Position numbers and translations under genes: made by a program. Below, in pieces: positions 25,601 through 36,300 of a stretch of DNA of 64,000 nt. The notes under the pieces were generated by a model, which saw only the letters and a list, made by a program, of their open reading frames with translations, had not been told where the DNA came from and ran no database searches. This DNA comes from Klebsormidium nitens. Lineage: Eukaryota; Plantae; Klebsormidiophyceae. Within the stretch, counting starts at the first letter, position 1, and every line of letters starts with the position of its first letter. The DNA is taken from positions 163,943 through 227,942 of the forward strand of contig DF237005.1 in assembly GCA_000708835.1 (NCBI GenBank), in the 5' to 3' direction.

Positions 25601-28600
25601 CAGACCTTTCATTCAGCTTCTAACTTGCTCGTCTGATAATTTAACCTGGGTAACAAGTTCCTCTTACCTGCAGTCTGTCTTCGAATTGTGCACGAGATGG
25701 CTGCCGTGAAATGTCGCGATCCTCTCTCCGATGCTGACGAAGCAGGTATGCCGCCATCTGGATAGGCACACCTGCGTGTGTCAGGGTTTTCAAGGCGGCA
25801 AATTGCCTGATACGTTACCTCAGACGGCTCAATCCTCGGCTTGGATTCACGATACGAAGGGAGCGACTAACAATCACTGTTCACAAAGGTCGGAACTTTC
25901 GTGTCCAAAACAAGGCCAGCTCGGTATCTGCATTTGCAAGAAAGGAAAGGGAGTCGAAGTAGGTCACAGAGGGACACGGCTGATGGAATCTTTGTTCCGC
26001 TTTGCAGATACACACTGTCCTACCATGAGTGACATCTCTCAGCACGTGTCAGCTCAAGAGGCGACAGTTCTGAAGTACGAGATCCCTTCCTTCTACACAT
26101 TCGTCTCGGTTTCGGCCCCCCACTAAAGCAGTGCTCGCCAACATTTTGATGTCAATACCGATTGTGACGAGGCTGCCGATTGCTATCATTACGTCATGTT
26201 GAACGACTGGGTGATCAAATAATCCACGAGACCTCAGCTTCACAACTCTGTGCTCACGGCTCTTTACAAGAAGAACCGCGACCCTGGTCAATCTCTGCAT
26301 TACGAAACTTCTGTCAAGAATGGAATGAGCATTCCGACCGGAGCAGTCGCCGGCTGTTTGTTGCAGGGCGCTCCTTCTGCGCGCGAGCTGTGGGGGCATG
26401 GCGGGCGACGTGCGAATGCTCAGATGGTGAGCCTCTCAAAGCCTGTTATCCCGTGCCCATCTTGATCCTTGTTCGGACCTTTTTAACCCCTTTCCGTAGT
26501 CCAACGTGATGATTCCGAACGATTTTAATTAGAATAATTCTCCGACATTCCGACCAGAAAAGCGGATTCGTTTATGCTGATTCCGACAACATTCCGAATG
26601 CCATATGTTCCCACTAAGAAGGGAGTTTGAAGGCTGATTTTGGCCGTTTTGGCGCTTCCGAGGACCATCCCAGAGTTACTTAACCTTTCCGAATTGCCAC
26701 TTTTCGAATGGAAAATCTGATTTTCTGATCATCCGAATGCAAAGAATTATTTATTTATTCGGAATCATTACCTTGGACTACGGCCATCTCACCATTGAGA
26801 CTCTCAAGAAAGGTCTTTGTTTGGACCTTTTGAACCCCTTTATCCGTTTCAACATCGAATGTGAAGAAACCGGATCGTACACTGCGTGCGCAGAGCCGCT
26901 GTGGGCCGGGCAGTGAGAAAACAGCAGGAAAAGCCCTCCACTAACATTAATTGGACGCAACTTAGATGGTGCTTTTCGTTCACGTCACAGAACATCCTGG
27001 TTTTGGTCCGCTTCTCTCTGATCTGAATGCTCAGCTGTTCGAAACACGCATCCAGGTATCACTGACCGGCCTTGTCCGCGCGATCGGCCTTCCTGAGTCA
27101 GCGTCCGGCGTCCACGTCTAGATGAACCTGCAATATCTTTTAGATCATATCTGCTGCCAGCTAGGTCGAACTTTCACGCAGTAATTTCTAAAACGTCCGC
27201 TTACGTTTTCTCGCAGCTACGTGCGCGTCTGGCTCAAGCGCTTCTCCGGCGCTTCCCCTCCTCCGCCCCCCCTCGCCAACTTCTGCTCCGGGCCGGCTGA
27301 CGTCACCTCCCCCTCGTCTGATGTCAGCCTGGACTGGGGAAACTGGCTGCGCCGGTTGTACGCCCAGACACCGAGACCCCCGCAGGTGCTGGACACGTGT
27401 ACCAGTGGGGCGCTGCCAGCTGTCGTAGACGTGGCGGCCATGTCGCGCATCATGCTGTCGGACGTGCCGCCGAGCGCGGCTGACTGTGAGTCTCTGATCG
27501 TGGCAAGTTGCTGGGTTTGTTTCAATCGGAGCCCAACCTTTGCATCCCAGGCGGCAAGACGCGGAACTGGACTGGCAACGGTCTTTGGAGTGTGTGTGCC
27601 GCGAGTGTTTCATGAGTGCAAGCCCGTTTCTACACCCCAGCTGCTGTCCTTAGTTTCGTAATGGAGGGCTCCCTTGTGCTTTTGCGTCTATCGAAGACCA
27701 TCAACAAGGTCTTGCAAGATCTTGGCGGATGTACCAGACCCTGATTCCGAATGCCCATGGTAGAACAAGTCTTTCGTTGACTAAGTCATGATTAGTGGTT
27801 AGCTCACGATTCATTATAGGGACAAGACAGGTTACGCAACCCAACGAAGAAATTGTCTGTCGCTTGCTCTCTCTCTTCCTGTCTGCTCTGAAGCATTGTG
27901 CCCCTTGCATTCGTGTGGGCTACGATTGTACTTGTGTCTTGTGCAGACAATCTGTACCACTGCGATCACGGGTTTGTCCTCGTCACCTATCTGGGACTTT
28001 ACAAGACGCATGTGCACCCAGACTCAAACGGATGCTCTCTCTTTGCAGTCCATTGCTCGAACGTCATCGAAGACGTCCTGAAGGTAAGCTCGACTCGCCA
28101 ACACCGCTCGTCGATCCATCACATATGGAAGACCTCGTGTGGGATCGAACTAGGTGTCGGTCAAGCAGTATCTTCGTGCCTACCGACGGTCGCTCAGTAA
28201 GTTTTTCAGCTCAGGGGATGAGCTTTACTCCTCTGCCCCTAAGAGTAGAACGCTTCTTATTTGCGGGATGCTATTGTCAATCTCTCAGCGCATCAGAGGG
28301 ATCCTTAAGTGGCCGGACTAAGCACTGTCCATATCGCCCATTCTTACCGGATCCTTCATTTGCCAGATCTTGCTATTGCGCTCGATGGTTCTCTGAGACG
28401 CTTCTTTGAAACCAATCCCGATCGTGTCTGCAGGACACGCCTGCGGGACGCCAAGTGGAGGCCACGTGTCGCGAGGAGGCGGTGGACGCGAAGGCCGTCT
28501 TCCGGTCGGCCATGTGGCACTTTCGGAGCAGGTACTTGCCGTCCCAGACCTGGAAACCGTCCAGGCTATTGCGGAGCTCAAAACTGGCTGTTCGCATAGC

Positions 28601-29010
28601 GTGTTCTAGATTATGAAGTCAATTGTACCCGTGACGAAAATCCAACAAAGAGCACTTTCAGCGATTGTGGACTCGTCTTGGTGCGGTTTAAGGGAGTGCT
28701 ACGTTCCGGCGGAATGGGCCTCCTGTGGTTCTGAGCACCAAGTGACCGGAAAGCGCTTGAGGGTTCCAGTGGATCGAGTCCGATTTTGTGGGAGGTCTTA
28801 TATACAATTGTGCTCGGGAAAGAAGCCACCATCACTCTCCTTACGCTGTATCAGCAATCTTTGCTCCGCTTTGTGGTCGAAAATGCTCAAGGGCGGATAC
28901 TCTCTGGGAGCTTTACTTTTGCCGAAATGTCGTAAGGTCCACCGCTGACTCTCCGCTCGCTTGTGCAGCAAGAACTTGAAAAAGACGCTCGATGGGGAGA
29001 CAAGCACGGA
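22670..29010 (+). CDS. Uncharacterised multi-exon protein with a RarA/MgsA (AAA_assoc_2)-like helical segment; start and last exon unresolved
   Basis: Phase-compatible exons approximately 22770-23159, 23641-23880, 24393-24475, 25049-25156, 25380-25410, 25674-25745, 26007-26068, 26368-26425, 27218-27483, 28049-28083, 28434-28531 and 28967-29010. They give LLKSAVQKNVRLCR..AVRASLHLMKDSWSEFLRRATIIALEDAILHPDLPFLVWLTAAVAKGY, LLLRASCGGMAGDVRML, AADFHCSNVIEDV and AMWHFRSS. Confidence 0.7.
23375..23530. repeat. Small intronic tandem duplications (15-mer x2; about 45-mer x2)
   Basis: ggatttcaaagtctaggatttcaaagtctag, and cgtcattgatg..atcatc..ggttga.tcctactga twice. Confidence 0.6.
26499..26778. mobile_element. 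280-bp MITE with about 20-bp TIRs flanked by TA, in an intron
   Basis: Left end ta|GTCCAACGTGATGATTCCGAA; the reverse complement of the right end is ta|GTCCAAGGTAATGATTCCGAA (2 mismatches). The reconstructed empty site ccgTAcgg is palindromic. The interior is AT-rich with many TTCCGA motifs. Confidence 0.8.
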
Positions 29011-29759
29011 CGTAAGTCGACTGTCCTTAGCACTCGTGATACGGAGAGCGTCTGTCATGATGTGTGATCTGGCTCCTTGCAATGCATTTCGGCCGCACTA
29101 TGTTTGGCTACTACGGTCGCTCCTTACGAATCAATTGATTGCGCGCTTCATGAGACGCAAGGAAACAGAGATGCTGCTGCCTGCGAAATCCTGTTCAAGG
29201 GACCAGGTATAAGGAAAGCGATGTCGATGGGGTCTGATACGTCGTTGTTGCTTATTGCAGACCGAGGACGGCTCTCAAGCGGCCAGAATTTGGTCTGCGC
29301 TTTCAGCGGAAGCTCAAAAATATTCGTTAAACCTGATCAAGCGAAGATTTGGTGTGTGGACTTAGAGACACAACTTATCTTGACGGTCACGCACTTCGCA
29401 TATCGAAGCTATGCACAGCCTCTTCCGGCGGTTGCCTTGCTTGCAGCCGGCTGAAAGTCCGCTAGGCTCGGCACGCTCGCGACACATGATGAAAGTGCAA
29501 TTCCGGCAACGAAAGTTTTGCATTTTGTCAACGATGGACGGTGCGGATCAGCGATAAAATCCATCAGCCTGAGTGTAGCAACCAATTTTCGATCTCGAGA
29601 GGGCAGTTCGGTGGCAACTGGACTGTCAGTGTTTCGAGGCTCATGCATTGAAAGGAAGATTGGTGTCTTCTATTATGAAGGGTGATATGAAAGGCCGATA
29701 TGTAAAAGGTTGCGCAGCTAGGAGCCGGCGGCGGAGGCCATCATTCAGTGCTCGACGAG

Positions 29760-30280
29760 TTACTTTTAGGCGGCTGCCACGCTTTAGAAATTGAATAGCT
29801 GTTCAATGCACGGGACTGCATTTATAGAATAAGTGTGCCTTGCATGATGGAGGTTTATACGGATAAATCATCATACTTAATAGCAACGCATGCGTGGCAT
29901 TTGTTCACTAATTTGTATTATGGCCGGCTGCATGGAACCTAAGGCTCGAGCAGCCAACGTACCAAGAGGACATAGGGGTTATCACTTTCGGCCTAGTAGC
30001 ATGTAGCTCGGGCCGCCCATATTTGACTCCGACGCGAGCACATCTGCAGGACAGAGGCGTATGAAGTGACTGATCAGAAGGATCAATCATGCACGATTGC
30101 ATGTCTGCGCTGAACTTAGACCCATGGTCGAGCTAGCACTGGTCAAGCACTAAGAGCCTCAAGCCAATACGTTCAGCATATACGAGCAAGCGTACGAAAA
30201 TGCATGCCATGTTATTGGACACAATCGGACAGCACGAGGAGCTGTTGAGCTCCAAATGTATGGCGGCGACATTATTAGCA
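29760..30280. other. CATG/TGCA-rich intergenic patch between convergent 3' ends
   Basis: Repeated tgcatg/gcatgc/catgca between the uncharacterised + gene and the NRAMP stop at 30307. Confidence 0.45.
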
Positions 30281-30306
30281 AGCTTCGATTCGCATGGCAC
30301 TGTCAA

Positions 30307-33300
30307 TCAGTCGGGCCCGACTTGGTCCACCCCGCCATGTCTTCTCGTGTAATCCTCTCGATTCAAGGGCGCGACCTCTGAGCTCGCGGCCTCAGAGAGC
30401 AGCCCCTCGCGCGCCCTAGGACTTCCTAGCTGCATATGGGCTATGTCTTCCCGCGGCATTGGCCCAAACTGATCCCCCGTCAGATCATCGACCGACGACC
30501 TGGGCAGCAGAATATCGCCCCCCTGCTCGCTATCCGGATGCACGTACGTGATCTCGCTGTCCTTCCGAAGCGCGAGGTACAGCAAACAAACCTGTCGGGA
30601 CAGTTTGTGATTGTTAGCAGGCGTGCCAATTTTAAAATGACGGCAACTCTTGTGCACAACACAAGGCTACCAGCAAGGGATCCCCCTTACTGGCGCTTGC
30701 ACATTTTAGCATTTGTCTCCGATTTGAGACACGCACCCCCGGAACGTTGTCAGGCCGGAGTCTCTAGAGGGCTGTCAGAAGTTGTTTGACTTTGTTTGCA
30801 AGAATAGCCTGGACGTCGGCAAAAGGTCGTTACCATTGTTGCGAGAATTGCACAAAGCGAAGCGGAGAGCATCTCAGGCAGCAGAGGGGTATTTGACGGG
30901 GTTTGCATTGCCTCTAGCTCAGGAGCATCCACTTGATACCCTCACCCCGGACAACGCACACTGACAATCACTTTACCAAACAGATAACGAGCTGAAATAA
31001 CGTGCAATGAAGCACCAGCAATAACGCGCAATGACGTCCCAGCGAGAAGGTCGTGGTCCAAGCAACCGCAACCGACCAGAACCCCAAACATCATTCGGCC
31101 AAAGCGCAGCCTGTCGAATAAATCGAGTTAACTTGAGAATAATGCCACCAACCATCTTCGACCGAGACCCCATAATGCGAGATTCCGGATTCGTAGGGGA
31201 AGACTCACCAGGTACACAAACATTGACGCAAACATGACGATAGCGACAAGGACGACGAGTCCGGCCGGGAGATCGGACTCCCGCAGGTAATCGATGCCGA
31301 GGCTTCCTAGGAAGTAGCAGTTCACGCCGATGACGAAGAAGCCGATGAGCCAAGTCGCCAGCGTGATCTGCAAAGGAGTCCGTTTGCAGGGGTATTGAAA
31401 CGTTCCGGATTGTCGATCTTTCGATGTTGAGGTCGAACCCTTGCCAGTTTCAGTTTACGCAGGCGACAACAGCCACGTGGGCAGCCCCTTGCACAGAGAC
31501 TGATCCGCACTGACTCTCCTGGATTTTAACTTGCATCGCCACAAGTGCCGGGATGCAACGACTCACCACTCTTTGTAATGCAGAAGTACCACTTAAGTGA
31601 AAAGTAAAAGGCAGTCGGCTGCAGGGGATGCCAGAAAACATGCTCCACCAGCTCGCAAGCGGCCAGTGTCCCTGAGAATTTCTGGATTTCTGGATATGAG
31701 TATGACTTCAGATTCATGGAGCGACCGCGCTGAAGAATGCGACACCCAGGAAGCAAAACCAGCAAAACAGCGCTTGTAGATGCAACCGACGGGGTCGAGA
31801 CTCGAAGCAGACGTGTACAGCCGGGGTGGGTCAAAGATATTAAAAGAGAGGAGACATGCTTTCAGAATGTTGGATACACCACGTCGGAGTGCGGACTCAA
31901 CGAGGGCGTCGGAGGACCGGTCTTACCTCAAGCGACCAATTTGCCGCCCATCAGGGCCAGCGTGGTCGCCGGAGGCAAAATCCAAGACTCAGGACTTAGA
32001 TGCACGAGTGTACCTTGATCTCTGACGCCCTCTCTAAGAACGACGCATGAAAGATTGGTCGCTCACCACCCAATGATTTGTGAAGGGCCCCATTTTGACG
32101 GGGCTGCTGGTAAACTTGAGGAGGGGCAGCAGGGCGAACGGCAGCTCGAACGAGAGGATCATCTGCAACAACAGCTTTTAGGGATTTGAGTTCGGAAACT
32201 CTAGGATTTCGAGCTGTACGGTTGTAGGGCTTCGGAAGTTTCGGTTTATAATTAAAGCCCTTTGATATGCTTGATTCGAAAGAGGGGCTCTGGTAATAAC
32301 CATTCCTTGAGCCGAAAGCTTCTGCATGGATGGATCGGGTAAATGCAGCATCTTCCAAACAACCCGCGAGGTTTTAATGGACAGCTTGGCAAAGACTAGT
32401 CATCTGCTACCATTTGTGGTTAACTGAATCAGTCGTCTAGCAGGTTGCCCCGACGAAGCTGTCAACATCATCTCCGAAAGGCGTCAATACTTGCAGTCGT
32501 CGATACGCTGGCAGCTCTGCTTTAGGAGGGACGCATGCTGGTGCTCCGAAGCGGAGAGCACTGCAAAGCTCGACGTAGCAACAAAAAACAACTGCCCGCC
32601 GTCCGTATATTGCTGCCAGAAGGTGGGGCGAACCCGGTCAAAACCAACCGCCCAGATATCGCACTGATCATTTCGAATGATGAAAGACGTTCTGCAATCC
32701 AAACACGGCAAAGAGCGGCAACCGCCAAACGACTGGGCTGAGCTTGCGCATCTCCACGGAAACGCGCAGCTCCATCTGGAAGCGACTGCCCATCAATCGC
32801 ATAGAGTCAGCAGGACAGCACAAAGAGCCCTGCACTCAGAGCGACCCCGTGGACGGAGACAAGCGGCCGAACAATACTTGATCGGGTTCCTATGGAGAAT
32901 CTTAACATCCGGGAAAGGTGTGTTGAGCACGGAGGACCTTACCAATGAGAAATCTCCTTTAATCTCTGCTGAGAAGCTCACCGACCGGAAAGAATTTTCT
33001 AAGTTCGTACGGAGGACCTGACCGGCGGGAAATTTCGCTGAATTCGTACGAAAGATCTTACCGAGGAGATGATAATGAGATCGCCTGCGCCGCTGCTCCC
33101 GCCAATCATGGCGACCGCGAGGCTCGGTACGATAGCCACCGCCCGCGTAAGGAGGTTCCGGAGCCACGGCTTGAACCGAAGCTCCAAGAAGCCCTGCAGA
33201 AAACAAGGTTAGGGACAGGTTGCGGAAGTGAGAAGTTTGTGATTGTGGATTCAGGGACAAAAAGACTCAGTCTGGCGGGCACGATGGCCACCGCGCGCGC

Positions 33301-36300
33301 TAGGAGCTTCAGGAGCCACGGCTTGAACCGAGGCTCCAGAAAGTCCTGTAGAAAGCAAGGTTAGCGACAGAGTCTGCAAAATTGAGAAATTTACTTTTGT
33401 GGGTTAGGGACGAAACGATATGATTGGCGGCACAATGGCCACCGCCCGCGCGAGGAGGTTCCGGAGACACAGCTTAAACCAAAACTTCAGAAAGCCCTGC
33501 CAGGGGGATGAACTCTGTGGTGAAAGGTTCTTCCAAGAAGTTGTCCGGAAAGTATCTTTTTCTGCGAATACGAGTGCAAGGGTCTAGCGAGCACTTCGAT
33601 TACAATTCCTAAAGGCAGGAAGGCGAAAAAGCTTGAACCTGTACGACCGTAAAGACGAGGAAGAAGGACGGGAGGTCCACAAGGGATGTGAGGCGGAGCG
33701 TAATCTCTTTGGAGCTTTGATCCTGGGTGTAGATTTGCAACTACATTCGGGCGGTAAGACCGTCGCTTGGTACAGAACAAGAACGAAAACGCTGTCAGAG
33801 GTGGAACTCAGGGTTTGCTGCAAAGCGATGTTCTGGCTGTTGTTCTGCTTTTGTTCTGGGTCTAGCTCTGACCATGATCCGAGCAGATTTCAGGAAGACA
33901 AAACAACACCTCAAGGCACCGTACTGCTACCCATACGAGCTCAAATGCTCGCTGACGTCAGCATGGGAGAGAAATCTTACCTGCATGACGTACTGCCCCG
34001 CGTACGTCCCGGTGATGGTGGAGCTCTGGCCGGACGCGAGCAGCGCAACCGCAAAGAGCTCGCGGCTCCATTTGCCGAGCACGTTCTGCACAGAGAAGTT
34101 GGGGGTTGCTTTTACTTTCGCTTCGCGTTGTTCCCTAGGTCACGGTGTTTACGATATCCTTGTTCTCAAAGTAGGAGAAGGGCGAGCACTAAGAACAGGC
34201 GCTTGAGGGATGTCACGAGCAGGGCGACCGCAAAGAGCTCGCGGCGCCATTTGCCGAGCACGTTTTGCGCAGGAAGGACGACGGGAAGAGACTCTCATTT
34301 TCTCTCAATCTAGTTCCTGCGCATCAGTGCAAAAGCACGGGAACGCTTTGGTAAGTGATCACAACGGAAGGGACCGCTCGCGGCTTCTTTCGCCCAGCAC
34401 GGTTTATGCAAAAAGGCAGGAAATACGGTTCTTCTCTCCCGCTTCTAGTAGTTTCCACATCAAGGTGTTTGACATCTCCTCGTTATTGAATCAGGAGAAA
34501 GAGGAGCACAACTGACAAAAGACGCTTGAAGATTGTCACGAACAAAGCCACCGCAACCGGCTCTCAGCTCCGTTTGCCAATCGCATTCTGCAGGAAAAGG
34601 CGGGATCGAGAACACTTTCCTCTCGCTCTCAGGTTCCGTACTTCCTCGCTTAGTTGCAAGAATTAGAAAGGGACTGGAAACTGCTTAACGGAGGGATTCT
34701 AGCGAACAGCCCGCTGCTTCACTTGTTAAGACCTTGTCAACTCCTTTTCCCTGGACAAGAGAGGGACAGATAGCCACGAGGCAGAAATTCCAGCATAAGC
34801 GTCCCGTCAGGATAGTCTACAATGCTTACTTGTAGAAGGAAAGGTGTCCGGTCGAGGTCGATGTTTTGGCAGTTGTCGAGGTCACTGGGCGACAGGTTGG
34901 GTCGGCTGCAGACCGCCCCGGCGACGGCGATCACGCTGACGTTGATGGCGAAGGCCAGGAAGAGCGCGAAGGAGCATTCAATAAAGTTGAAGCGGCACCC
35001 GTCCTGCAAGGGGAAAGTGAAAGCTTCGATTCGAGATGACTGATGGGTAGAATGGTAAGGGTGAGGAATGAGGGACCTTCTTTGAAGAGAGTGAGGGGTA
35101 ATGATAATAAGGGGGGAAAATGATAGATTTGCCAGCCTAGGACGGCGAAGACAGTTTTGGGGGGGGAGGGAGACGGGTGCATAACGGGCAATCTTCGGGG
35201 TTTGTGTTTTGAGATTAGTGGGTTAGAAGCTTACTATTCTTAACGCTCCGTATTCCTGGATCAAAGACTTACTGCAAGTTGACCGGTACATCGAGTTCAG
35301 TGCTCCAAGTAGGTTGTAAGACGTCCTAAAAGGCGTCTGAAAGAGCCCGAAACGATTGCGACATGCTATCAAAAGATTATGACCTTCTTGCACAAGATGT
35401 CACGTGGACCGAATAAGTGCGTCCGTCGTTAGGGTTGGGCTATGCTCGCACTCCAAGCTGTGCAAGGACCTGTGAGAGGGGGCGCCTTCAGGAATTGACC
35501 ACGGAAAACATTGGACAAAAGGGAAACGGACCTGAGAAAGCACGATCTGAGACAAGCAAAAGCAAGAGCGGAAGACGAAGCTTAGGAGATGAAAAATCCT
35601 CCAGGGACTTCAGAAGCCACCAATATGTAGAAGGGCTCAAGGAGCTTGATGGAAGACAAGCAGAAGCACGCCGAGAGACGCAAATGGGAAGCTTGAGCTT
35701 ATGAAAGAGCGAAGATTCGAGAATTTTGGAAGAACTAGGTTGACAATGAGCCCTGACCTTGATGCCCCGGGCTGTGCGCGGAACTTTTCGAGTCAGAACG
35801 AGCGCGGAGTGCAGGTACAGGTTATGCCTGCAACGGAATGAGCGGAACAAGTCAACTCGGCACGCTTTAATTTCTCAGAAAGATGAGACGCGCTACTGTC
35901 TGAGAACGTAACGAGCGTGACGCTTTGCATTTTCAAACAAACAACATGGAATAGCGTTTGAAGCGAACTTTGCCTAGTAGACCGAAAAATAAGCAGAAAG
36001 CGGCGGCTCGTCCCTGGATGTTCTCAGACTTGGAGAAACAACTTAAAGTAGTAGTCCTTCCCGTCTGCAAATCTTATCCGGCTCTTACCTATGAGAACCC
36101 TTTTCTCCTCAAGCAGGCGTGCACTTGGAGAAAAGGCTGGGACCTCAACAAATGCTGCCCTCGAGAAACTACCGTATCAGTGAATAATTTCGGCACCTTC
36201 GACGCCGAGTAATTAACTTAAGAACCGTTTGAAACTTTCGGTAGACCAAGGGTTACCTGCTAGAAAGTACCGTTATCGATCTTCATCGCGTCCTGATGAT

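Noticed and set aside
28138-28165. tRNA B-box-like GTTCGATCCC on the minus strand (others near 4210, 31431 and 2505)
   Set aside because: No T-stem pairing, A-box or cloverleaf; no tRNA or tRNA-SINE is supported.
32925-34610. Repeat arrays considered as CRISPR-like
   Set aside because: The units are degenerate copies of host splice junctions, not constant repeats with unique spacers; the context is eukaryotic with no cas genes.
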